DNA from: Hemiscyllium ocellatum
Lineage: Eukaryota
Direction: 5' to 3'
NCBI RefSeq assembly: GCF_020745735.1
Contig: NC_083406.1
Span: forward strand, 102,835,164-102,899,163
DNA: 64,000 bases
Program-made: the position numbers and the translations under genes
In this document: positions 11,806-23,130 of the stretch, piece by piece
Layout of the letters: each line of letters begins with the position of its first letter
Position numbering within the stretch: position 1 is the stretch's first letter
The notes under the pieces: generated by a model
Seen by the model: the letters and a program-made list of their open reading frames with translations, nothing else
What the model was told of the DNA's origin: nothing
The model's database searches: none

Positions 11806-13784
11806 CTAGGTACAGGGTGAGGAAGGGGAGAAAGGTGTAGGAGTAATAGACAGGAAAAGAAAAAGTTACATTTCAATTCATAATTTGCAATTACAATTCA
11901 ACATTTTGGATCAACAAATAGATATTAACAACTTTTATTCATATGTATTATTAATACAACATTTAATAGATTTTGCTTAATTATTTTCACTAATGGCTGA
12001 TACTGCAAATAGTTTCATACAATCAGATCACATTATAAAGCAGGTGCAAGTTACAATTTTGACCCACTGTGTATCAGGACTCTGAAGAATTTCATTATTG
12101 ACTTTTGCTTCACTGCACTTTCCTTTCTCACTAAAATTTATCCTGTATTCAACTTTTTATCCACCTATACCCAGATTAATCTGAAATAATTGTTGACAGC
12201 TTTCTGCAGGGAGTTGGCAAGGCTTTGTTACAGTTTGTTTATGAAATTGCCAAAACAATTTATGGACAAAGAGAAGCATTATTTGTGGTGGCACTAATAG
12301 GCAATTTTTTAAAAAAATCTTTTCTTTAATCAAGAATCCAGTAAAACTATTGTATAATAGCACAAAAAAGATGTACTTGCTAAAACAGTTGAAATCTACA
12401 ATCAGTGGAAGATCTGTTTGAATCTACCTAAATTTCCAACTTGCTCAAGGAGAGTCAACCAACTTTAATATGAATGAAGGAGGTTTAAAGGACAAAGGAT
12501 AAATGGATCAGGACTAATAAAAAGTTGTACAATCTCTATTTTAAGATCTTTTTTATATTAGATTTTCTATTATCCATTCAATATATTAAAAAGTCTTACA
12601 GCTTATACATGCCAATGTTAAATTCCTATGTATCACATTTTAAATGAAAATAAACTGACACAAGTAGATGATTATGTTGTAATGACTTCCTCCTGCCAGA
12701 AGAGTCACAAAAGTGATATCTTACGGCAGAGAAACCTCTATGTTCCAACCCAAATTTGATGCTTCCTAAACTGGTATAAATTTTTCTACTTAATTTATCA
12801 ACAATTTTAAGATTAAAAAGTTTTATAAGCTCAAGGACAGATGCGTTGTTTTAAAAAGCAGACTGATTTACAGTTACACACTGTGCCGCCTAATCCTCCT
12901 GCAATTGAAAATCTGATTTGAATACCAAGCCATATTTAAGCATCAACAGAGTGGATGCAGGAAGAATGCTGCTGATGGTGGGGAAATATAAAACCCAGGG
13001 TCACAGTCTAAGGACACAGGGAAAAACCATTTCAGACTGAGACAAAGTGAAACATCTTCACCCAGCGAATGGTGAGCCTATGGAATTTGCTACCACGGAA
13101 AACAAAGGATACAGGGAGAAAGCAGGAACAGGCTATTGTTGGATGATCAGCTATAATAATAATGAATGGTAGACTGGGCTTAAAAAGCCGAATGGCCTAC
13201 ACTTGCTCCCATTTTTCTATGTTCCTCTTGGAAAACATTCTATGGTTTACCTAATCAACAGGTAAAGCTGTAAAATGTTTTCCTTTAAGTATGCCATGAT
13301 TATTGTGTCCAGATTCATCATGCAGCTTGAAATCAAACAATAAAAACCTGCAGGTGGTGTACTGTGATGGAAAGACCGAACCTTAGCATTACAGCAAAGT
13401 CATAAAGAAATCGTTAAGAAACTTGAATTTACATTTCATCCTGGTAAAGGAAAAAGACTTCAAAAGAAGTATTTAAGTTAACAGATGGACTAGGAAGGTA
13501 AATTCAGCACACTGCATCAAGTTAAACCATGGTGCTAACACAGAGGGCACCGGCATATTTAGGCTTGCAGCTCTCACATAAAAGCCCATCGTTCATGGAA
13601 AAAATTTCTAGAGAACTAACACGAATAGAAACATTAAATAAACAACTGGATTTTATGATGAATGGGAATGTAGATCTTCTGCAAGTATTAAATAAAATGG
13701 GGTGAATGATCTTTCTCAGCAATATCACGACTGATAATCTGGCTATTTCTGCCATGTCCTATCAATTTGCACAAGTCACCGTTA

Positions 13785-13934
<150 letters not shown>

Positions 13935-14899
13935 TTATACAGGTCGTGGAAATTGATGTAATCTTCTAAAGCAGGATGGCTGAAATGACAATCACACCTA
14001 ATCAGTTGTCATTATTTAATGTCACTATTACTGCAGAACACTGACAGCAATTAAATTGGAACCATAGGAACAAGAGTAGGCCATTCTGCCCATTGAACCT
14101 GCCCACCATTAAATATGACCATTGCTAATCAAACTCTTCCAAATCTTTTACCCACTCATACCAATTAGTCCACACACCACAAACTACAAATTTGAAATCA
14201 TGACAGTTAATAGGTCTAGCAGAGTGAGAATACTTATCTACTAATGATCAAAATGATAGAGTTCAAGAGAAGTGGCAGTATGGTCAGTGAGAGGCTGGGA
14301 AGGGAACTTGCAGGTGTTGGTTTTCCAAACATCTGCAGCCATTGGCTTTCAAAGTGATAGAGGGTGCAGGTTGGTAAGGAGCTGTCAAGTGAGCATTCTC
14401 GAGATACTGCAGTTAATCTTATGGATGGTACACACTGCTGCTTTTGCGTGTCAACAATGAAGGAAGTGAACTTTGAAGGTGAGGGATGTGTTGATTGCCA
14501 ATCAAGTGAGCTACTTTGTCTTGGATGGTGTTAAGCATTGAGTGTTATTGGAGGTACATCTATCCAGCCAAACAGAGAGTATTCCATCACACTCAGCACT
14601 TGCACCTTGTAGATGGTGGACAGCAGTAGTGAGTTAAAAGCAAATTATTGCAGATGCTGGAATCTGAAACCAAAAGAGAAAATGCTGGAAAATCTCAGCA
14701 GGTCTGGCAGCATCTGTAAGGAGAGAAAAAGAGCTGATGTTTGGAGTCTAACTGATCCTTTGGAGTGAGTCACTTACTGCAGAACTCCTATCCTCTAATC
14801 TGCTCTTGTAGAGTATGTATATGGTTGGTCCAGTTCAGTTTCTGCTGAATGGTAAACAGTCGGGATGGTGAGTGGTTATAATTGACATTAACAGTAATC

Positions 14900-16990
14900 A
14901 TGAAGATAGTAAAATTAAAGAATGCAAAATCTCAGGATTAGATGGCTTTCAGCTCAGGATTTTAAAGGAATCAGGTGAGAACTTTACTAATTACTAACTA
15001 CAACTTTTGAAAGTCATTGATTCAGGAATCTTTCCTTAAGATATCAAAAAAGTAGATGTTATTCTGCTTTTTAAGAAAAGCAAAAGAAGGAAGTAAGGAA
15101 ATTATAAACCAGTTAGATTAACATCATTTATCATCATGAAGTTCAGGTAAGGATACAATGTAATATTTTAAGGTAATCAGGGAAAGATAGCATAGGTGTG
15201 TAATGGCTAGACTGTGTTTAATAAATTTTATTGGCATTTTTTTTGAAGAGCTGAAAATGTGTTGCTGGAAAAGCACAGCAGGTCAGGCAGCATCCAAGGA
15301 TCAGGGGAATCGGCATTTCTGAATTCCTGAAGAAGGGCTCATGCCCGAAACGTCAATTCTCCTGTTCCTTGGATGCTGCCTGACCTGCTGTGCTTTTCCA
15401 GCAACACATTTTCAGCTCTAATCTCCACCATCTGCAGTCCTCACTTCCTCCTAGAATTTTTTTTGGAGGAGGTGACTACAGTGGACAGGGAAATGCCAAT
15501 GGATGTTATTTATATGTATTTTCTCAAGATACTTGACAACATCTTCACAGTCAAAAAGTGTGGTGCAGAACAAGTCAGGCAGCATCTGAAGAGTCAAAGT
15601 TTTGGGCATAAGCCCTTCATCATGAATGTTGGGGGGTAGCTGAGAAATAAATAGGAGGGTGGAGTGGTGAAGGTAGCTGGGAAGGCAATAGGTAGACACT
15701 GGTGGGAGGTGATTTTGATAGGTCAGTAGGGAGGGTGGACTGGATAATTGGGAAGGAAGATGGACAGGTAGGACAATTCAAGACACTGGTGCCGAGTTGG
15801 ATCTGAGGTAAGGCAGGGAGAGGGGTGATTTGGAAACTAGAGAAGTCAGTGTTGATGCTGTGTGTTTGAAGGGTCCAAAGGTGAAAGATGAGGTGTTCTT
15901 TCCCAGTCATCAGTGGCTTGGATTTGGCAGTGGAGAAGGCAGGACTTGCATGTCCTTGTGGAGTGGGAGGGGGAGTTGAAGTGGTCAGCCACAGAGTGGT
16001 GGGGTTGTTTGGTGACTGTTGCCCAAAATTATAGTTCATGAAATGGAGGAAATTTACTGACGTGGTTAGGAAATTGGCAGCCATATATCCAAGTGACACA
16101 TAGATGAATTGTGTATAGTGTAGATGGAAGCAAAAAATTACAAAGTGATAAAGAGATTAAATAAATGGATAAAACTGCAGTAAACAGATTTCCATACAAA
16201 CAAGTGTAAGGTTATTGTCATTTATCCAGAAGAAAGGATAGATCAGACAGCTTTTCAAATGGTGAAAAGTCAAAACTTTGTGGTCCACAGAGAAGGGGCA
16301 ACTTTTTCAGAGGGTGATGTGTGTATGGAGTGAGCTGCCAGAGCAAGTAGTCCATTTAAAAGGCATCTGGATAGGTATATGAATAGGAAGGGTTTAGAGG
16401 GATATGGGCCAAGTGCTGGCAAACAGGACTAGATTAGGTTAGGATATCTGGTCTGCGTGGACAAGTTGGACCAAAGTATCTATTTCTGTTGTACATCTCT
16501 ATGGCTTAGAGGTCCACATGCATAGATCATTAGAATATCACAGACAGGCACAGAAAAAAAAAATTATAACAGTATCCTTTAGGTTTGGAGGAAGAGAATA
16601 GGAGATAGACATCATGCTTCATGTGTACAAATTCACATCAGAAGTACTGTGTTTAGTTCTAGGCACCACACTCAGAAAATTTATGCTAAGTGCAAGCCTT
16701 GAAAGGAATGCAGAGACTTAGGTGTTAAGGGTTAAACTGTGAGGAGATATTGTTTTAATCAAAATTAATATCTTAAGGGAAAACTGATGAAGTGAACATA
16801 TAGAAAACTACTTCTGCTGAAATGAAATCTAGCATGAGAGGTCTTAGATTAAAAATTAGATCCAGACTTTTCAGGAGTGAAATTAGGAAACCATTCTACA
16901 TGAAAATGGTGATAAAAGTTTGGAATACTCTTTGGTAGTTTGTTTGATTACTCATTTGGATCTGAAAATGATATTTCTATTATCCAAAGT
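14900..16990 (+). mobile_element. Fragmented CR1 ORF2 with nested Penelope pieces (15249-15452 hairpin; 15550-16030 GIY-YIG end) and a HER1 3' end (16275-16505)
   Basis: P.FKK...GNY.PV.LTS and DVIY..F.K..D RT motifs; ORF 15620-16099 has E.HLIF.L.TLQ...IN.DFSSF (Penelope C-terminus). Confidence 0.75.
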
Positions 16991-17281
16991 TATTATAGAA
17001 AACCAGCTGTGGCATTAAAGATCAATCATGACAGCACAAGGGTGACTGATGTTGCTATTACAGAAAGGCTGCAATGAACATACTTAAATTAGCTTCTAAC
17101 ATGATTATATTCCTTATGAACCAAATTGCAGTTACCAGCTGTTTTAATTCTTGATTTAGAATAAGATCTGCTCAATTTGTTTCAAAGGTGCAACCTTTCA
17201 TTCCACCATGGTAACTCCATGGGTAAATGAAGTTGGCAGTGTGCCACTTAGCCAAACAAACAATAGCAGTTTTTTTTGTAA

Positions 17282-17589
17282 TTAGATTAGATTACTTAGT
17301 GTGGAAACAGGCCCTTCGGCCCAACAAGTCCGCACCGACCCGCCGAAGCGCAACCCACCCATACCCCTACATTTACCCCTTACCTAACACTACGGGCAAT
17401 TTAGCATGGCCAATTCACCTGACCCGCACATCTTTGGACTGTGGGAGGAAACTGGAGCACCCGGAGGAAACCCACGCAGACACGGGGAGAACGTGCAAAC
17501 TCCACACAGTCAGTTGCCTGTCGGGAATTGAACCCAGGTCTCAGGCGCTGTGAGGCAGCAGTGCTAACCTCTGTGCCACCGTGCCGCCC
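17282..17589 (-). mobile_element. HE1-type V-SINE, young full-length copy
   Basis: Intact A/B-box head GGGCGGCACGGTGGCACAG..GGTTCAATTCC, retained CpGs, (TAATC)n tail; TSD GCAGTTT at 17266-17272 and 17595-17601. Confidence 0.9.
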
Positions 17590-18059
17590 ACGGTGCAGTT
17601 TGCACCAGAAAGGTTTCCTGTCTCATTATAACTCATCTGGGTGGTCTTCAAGTGATAGAAATACATTCTTTCTCAGCTTCAGCAATGACCTCAAATGGAT
17701 ACAAAAGCTAGAGAAGGGAGAAAATAATCGTAATCAGCGCCCAGTGATACTTTCAGGGAACAACTGCCGATATTTACTACCTCTGGAGCAGATGGGACTT
17801 GAACATGGATCTTCTGGCTCAGAGGTAGGGGCATTGCCCTTGCACTACAAAAACCCCTAGTGAAAGACTATATCATTTCTAACCCATGTTACAACATCCC
17901 AACAAATAAAAGCTGCTGTAATGGGACAGAGTACTAGAGAAAATAAATAAAACAAATTGAATGATGACGAAGTTGCTGCACGAATTTCTTTCAACATTTA
18001 GACTTAGCGTTCTAATATAACTTTTTTTAAAGCCTCTGATTTCAGTGAGATTTAGCAAA

Positions 18060-18330
18060 GCCTCGGTTTAAAAAAAAAACGACATAACATTCGCCTTTCA
18101 CCCGCAGTAGCGGCCCCTCTAGGCCCCACCACCCGTCCTTGCAGCGGAGAAATCACTTTTAAAAAAGAAAGTTTCATAATTAAACCCCTAATCCGGGGCA
18201 GCTCCTTACTAAGCAGGAATAAGTAAACACTTTAACAGGGTCACACCGAAGGCAAGCGGCACCAACCAGTTCCAACCCCTCTCACTGGGCGCCGCCATTG
18301 CTGTTTCACTCAACTTTATTTAAACAGCAT
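18060..18330 (-). promoter_or_regulatory. ALG8 promoter / small CpG-enriched region
   Basis: Local CpG enrichment around exon 1 and the start of intron 1; YY1-like CAATGGCGGC overlaps the start codon; AT-rich TTTAAATAAA about 20-25 nt upstream of the ATG. Confidence 0.5.
18210..18298 (-). CDS. ALG8: ALG8 alpha-1,3-glucosyltransferase, coding exon 1 (89 nt)
   Basis: ATG at 18298; encodes MAAPSERGWNWLVPLAFGVTLLKCLLIPA(Y), matching the ALG8 N-terminus; donor TA|gtaagg. Confidence 0.95.
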
Positions 18331-18799
18331 CAGCTGCTAGCAAAGATACTCACTGAATCAGTGAAGGGAAGTCAAATAGCTTTTCAGGCCCCAATTCATT
18401 GCAACTAACAACTTGATGTGGACCTGTCCCTTTCCTTTCTCAGAAGTGGCATCGACAGGAACATTACAACAAGTTTTTTTTGTACTTTTAAAATTTTTTT
18501 AAAAGATGTTGTACACATTGTCTTACAGAGGCCATTCCAGTGATATAAAAGGTGGTGGGTAAGAGCTGATTCTGTGTATAGTGGCAGTGACAACAATGAT
18601 TAGGAAGCAGCAGTTGTCCAAAAAGTAAATTTTCTTACCCTTCTGTCCCACACTCCTTTGAAATAGAGCCATTACTGAAATATCCAGTAAAACTTGTGAA
18701 TGACATATTCTATTCCAACTCACTTTGTAAACCCCCAAATGAAGCTCCAGAATGACGGATATGTTTCAAGTATTACTATTTCTATTTGTTTCTCCCTCT

Positions 18800-19000
18800 T
18801 GCATGGGATCTTTTTTTGTTGCTCGACAGATGGGACTACATTTTAACGTCTTACTTGAAAAATAGCACATCAGACAGTGCAAGTACTCCTTCAGTGAAGG
18901 TGAAGTGTCAGCCTCAACTTTGGTGCTCAGGTTATGAAGCAGAACTTGAAATCAGAACATTGTAACTCAGACCTGAGTGCCACCAATTGAGCCAAGGCTG
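18800..19000 (-). mobile_element. SacSINE1-like Deu-SINE fragment
   Basis: GCATGGGATCTTTT..TTTAACGTCTTA..GAAAAATAGCACATCAGACAGTGCA Deu-domain similarity plus tRNA-like head. Confidence 0.65.
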
Positions 19001-19574
19001 ATATAGGTTGTTCTGTACTTACCATTCCAACCTGTTGGTCGACAAAGTGAACCATTAGGTTCCTTACTGATTTTCTGGCTGAGATAATCTAACTTGCCAC
19101 AGAATCTGTGGTTTAGTACCAAACTATGTAGTGCAGATACCCACTGAACTGTGCCATATGTTTTACTAGAACTTTAAAAATGATTTGGTCTGAAAATTCA
19201 CTTAGAAAACCAGGGTGGGAGTGGAGAAAGCTGTGAGGGTTTCAGAAGGGAGAAAGTGGCAAGGGGTAAATGGATAAGGAAGCTGCTAGCAGGAGTGTGG
19301 AATTGAACCTGCATGTGAGGGAACAGAGAGAAAAGAAAGCTGCAGGTGTGGGACAGCAAGAGGTTGCAAAAGGTGTATGGTTGAAAATGGGGTTGCAAAG
19401 AAGTGTGGGGAGAGACAATGGTTGCACAGTGGGGAGAATCAGGCTGTAAAGGAGTTTTGAACTTGTAAACAAAGGATTATTCAATTAACAGATGCAAGAA
19501 AACATTAAATCAGTAAGGTAACAAATTCCTTTGAAATTAATATACCATTTCTAAGACCGCATAAAGGATGTTGA

Positions 19575-20025
19575 TTGATTTATTGTTGTCACATGTACTG
19601 AGATACAGTGAAGAGTATTGTTTTGCGAGCTTTACAGGCAGATTGTACCATACAAAGTGCATCAGGGTAGCAGAACATAGTGCAGAATAGTTTTATAATT
19701 GCAGAGAAGTTGTAGAGCGAGATCAACATTAACATTTGAAAGGTCCATTCAAAAGTCTGATAACAGTAGGGAAGAAGCTGTTCTTGAATCTATTCATACA
19801 TGTATTCAAACTTTTATATCTTCTGCCAATGGAAGAGGGTAGAAGAGTATAACCAGGGTGGGAGGGGTCTTTGATTATGTTGGGTGCTTTCCCGAGGCAG
19901 CAGCAAGTATACAATGAGTCAGTGGGTGGAAGGCTCATTTACATGATGGACTGTGCTGTGTTCACTAATCTCTGTAGTTTCTTGTGATCTTGGGAAGATC
20001 ATTGCCATACCAAGCTGTGTTGCAT
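19575..20025 (-). mobile_element. Rex1/Babar-type LINE 3' end
   Basis: KA.NIIKDPSHPG..L..GRRYKSL....NRFKNSFFPTVIRLLN (ORF 19729-19938). Confidence 0.8.
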
Positions 20026-20896
20026 TAACTGCAACCTCATCATTTTGTGGAAGGTGTGTTTAAGGTGATGGATTTTTGTGTGTAGAAATTTATCTATTTT
20101 TTTAAAGAAATCTTTGTTCCTAACTTAATCCTGCTGTCTTGTAATTTAATTACTGCAAAATCTAGGAAATCAGTGCTATCCTTGTGATTTGTGGCTTTTG
20201 TAAGTTTAGTGGAATATTGCTAATTATTGAGGATATTGGCGAATTCTTCCAGTTTTACTTTGTGAAATTCCAAACACCCATATGTCAACACAAATACAGA
20301 AGGTATTGTTGCTACACAGTGTTATCACCTAATGGATGAGTTTATGAGAATGGAAAATTGAACACCAAAAATCAAGGAAATCTCAAGAGGGGCTGTCAAC
20401 AAAACAAAAATGTTTTGTCCTTGACTTCTATAAAGTCTTTAACATTGGAAATATCGCAAAACACTTCTGTGGCATAATTGAACAACATACAGATCTATTT
20501 AGTAAAACAAATGTAGGGAATAAGTTGCCAGGGTAGACAAGAGTATAAATGAGATTCAGTGGTAATTCCCAAACAAAGTTATAAAGTAATCAATGATTAA
20601 TTCATGGTCAAAGATATGTTGTCCGGGTGAAATGAGACTGTGCAGTGTTCAGTCAGAAACGTATGATTACACTGTTTTATTTAAAAATAAATGTACTTCA
20701 AGTGAATCTAGCTAGCAATACCGTTTTTATCCCAACAACCAAATTCAACTATTATGGTAAATTAATTCAACAAACAGGATTAATATTCATGATACTGCAC
20801 ATTATACATCGAGATTTATATAAGAAAGAAGGAGTAGACTGTTCACTTCTATAAACTAAAAGACTGGGAGCCCATAGCAATTTATTTTCTGTATTA

Positions 20897-21628
20897 TCAA
20901 TACTGAGTAAAATGCAGAATAATTGGGTCAGATGAAACAGAAGGAAGAGAATTAAGAAGGAATCCACCATTGACTGCTATTTTTATTACTTGATGAACAA
21001 ACATATCCAGATTTTGGATTTGCCGATGAGATGGTGAAGCATAGAGGCTTTTCCAATTCTCCATTACATAATGTCTTTCCATGCCAGTTCCGCTACTTTC
21101 AACCCATTCTAATGGAATGAATTTCAAATTTTCCAGATCGCTGGCAACAGATAAATTGTCACCTTTGAAGATATAGTAGAATTTGGAACTGAGAAGCTTC
21201 AATAAGGTACCCGATGTAGAAAATACTTGAACGTTAACAAGTTTTACAGTATAGGAGCCAACATTATGTAACCATGAGTCATAAAAAATGTTAAGCATTA
21301 CATTATTTTTTGTTTTAGTAACAGGGGTTTTGATTGTCTGCAAAGCCTGCAGCAGAGGTTGGATCTGGAAAAAATCAGCTTCTCTGTTCAGAAGATCCAG
21401 CTCTTGGAAATCATCTGGAAGGTCCAAGTGCGATGTTCGGAGGAAGTTAAGGATGTGTCGAAACATTTTGCCATCTCTGTCTATGAAGTAGTTTCCTTGC
21501 TGATCCTTGCTGGTTGGTAAATCCCCAATAAACATTGAGCCAAGCATCGATTCTGGATAGCGGGTTAAAGTCATTAGGGACGTGGTGTACAACATTCCCC
21601 CTACATTCAGTGTTATTGGTTCAGACAT
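20897..21628 (-). CDS. KCTD21: BTB/POZ domain-containing protein KCTD21 (243 aa, single coding exon)
   Basis: MSEPITLNVGG.LYTTSL.TL...P.SMLG.MF...FIDRDGK.FR.ILNFLRTSHLDLP BTB domain and KCTD11/21-type C-terminus (FSTS..LKLL.SK..Y); acceptor cttacag at 21651-21652, 22 nt upstream of the ATG; adjacent to ALG8 as in human. Confidence 0.93.
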   Translation of the reverse strand: MSEPITLNVGGMLYTTSLMTLTRYPESMLGSMFIGDLPTSKDQQGNYFIDRDGKMFRHILNFLRTSHLDLPDDFQELDLLNREADFFQIQPLLQALQTIKTPVTKTKNNVMLNIFYDSWLHNVGSYTVKLVNVQVFSTSGTLLKLLSSKFYYIFKGDNLSVASDLENLKFIPLEWVESSGTGMERHYVMENWKSLYASPSHRQIQNLDMFVHQVIKIAVNGGFLLNSLPSVSSDPIILHFTQY

Positions 21629-21817
21629 GGTGAAATCCTTAACTTAATCCCTGTAAGTAAAATAAAGAGTATAATATGGAATCCTGTAAAGAAGAGCATC
21701 TTTCAAAAAATCATCTATTCCATCTGACAGCAATAGTGCTGGATTATGTAAAGAAACAAAGAAATAGGGTCAGGAGTAGGCCATTCAGTCCCTTCATCCT
21801 TTTTTAAAAAAAGATAA

Positions 21818-23130
21818 TGTTAGTTATTGATTGAGAAACCAGGAAAGACTCCCTGTTATGTTGTAGCATAATTACCTATAAAATGGTGAGCTTCAGCACT
21901 TAACACTCGTTACAAAAGCAGGGTGACCTTCTGTTTTCCTTTTAAGTATCATTTGGTGCCTAATTCAGAACAATTTTGTGCTGTGGATCCTTCTTGCTCA
22001 CAAGTAGTGAGAGAATTACTCAGTTTCATCTAGCTTTCACTTATCATCAACCAGAACTATTCTCATCATTTAGTGTTAAGCAAAATCTAGGGCATTCCTG
22101 ATCTGTATTTCTCACTGACACATGCAGATAAACTCAGTGAACTACTGAGAGAGTTTAAACTGTTTTTCAAAAAAAGCTTGATCCTATAAAGTAACCATTT
22201 CGCCAGAAAGCTGTGCTTCTCATCATAAAGCTAAACTAGGATAATCCATAAGGGATGGCCAAGCACACCTTGTTAAATTTCAAGTGGTAAACACCAGACA
22301 AGAGTGAGAAGGTGAAATATTGTAGCATTACTGAAGAAAATAAAGTTAACTTTTTAAAATTACAGATCCTAAGTTACTTTGGTTGTCAAAAGAAATTAAA
22401 ATGGACACTGTGCTTTCATCTCATTAAAATCCTTTGAAAAGTCCATGTCAAAGGTATTAACTATACCTTCAAACTATGTACTTAGATCAACAAAAGACGT
22501 AGTTGAATACTCCATGAAAATTCCTGAATAACCTGTGTGTAATGTCTGCTCTTACCTTTATGGCATTAACAAAAGCAAACATAGATACACCCTAGAACAC
22601 AAAAGCATTAGGATATTTTAGATCTCCAAAATATACTTAAATAGTTTTCTCTTATTTCTAAAGTTTATCCCCTGTCCCAGCTATCTCATTGCAGCAACTC
22701 ACCTGATTAATTAAATTTAATTCCAAGTTTGATACAAACGGGAGTAGAAACTGAATACAAGAAATGTGTGCTGCAGGTGTTCCTTAGCTCCAATCTAAAG
22801 GTCTGCTTACAAAGCATTCTGGGAAATGTGGTTTTGCTACTACCTGTCCCAGAATGCATTTCAGATAATTTCATTTGAAAATAAACCTGCTGTACATGAG
22901 TTGTTGTCATGTCTTTCTTACCCTCAGGATACAGGCATCGCTGAAAAGCCAGCAATGTACCGCCCTTGAAAAAGTTGTGAAGCCTCTTCTTGAACCACTG
23001 CAGTTCTTGTGGTGAAGATATTTTAGGAAGGGAGTTCCAGGATCTCAACCTGTTAGTTATTGATTGAGAAACCAGGAAAGACTCCCTGTTATGTTGTAGC
23101 ATAATTACTATAAAATGGTGAGCTTCAGCA
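21818..23130 (+). repeat. 80-bp direct duplication (21818-21898 and 23051-23130)
   Basis: TGTTAGTTATTGATTGAGAAACCAGGAAAGACTCCCTG...GGTGAGCTTCAGCA; the two copies differ by a single 1-nt indel. Confidence 0.95.
22556..22591 (-). other. Putative 36-nt internal 5'UTR exon of KCTD21
   Basis: Acceptor gcttttgtgttctag| and donor AAG|gtaaga, both strong, in non-repetitive DNA upstream of the KCTD21 coding-exon acceptor. Confidence 0.5.

Noticed and set aside
18301-18353. Small 5'UTR intron upstream of the ALG8 ATG (gtgagt...aaacag)
   Set aside because: Only 53 nt and without a pyrimidine tract; too short and weak to call
21818-23130. The two 80-bp TG...CA direct repeats as LTRs of a TRIM-like element
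   Set aside because: No TSD, PBS or PPT, and an older repeat runs straight through the second copy
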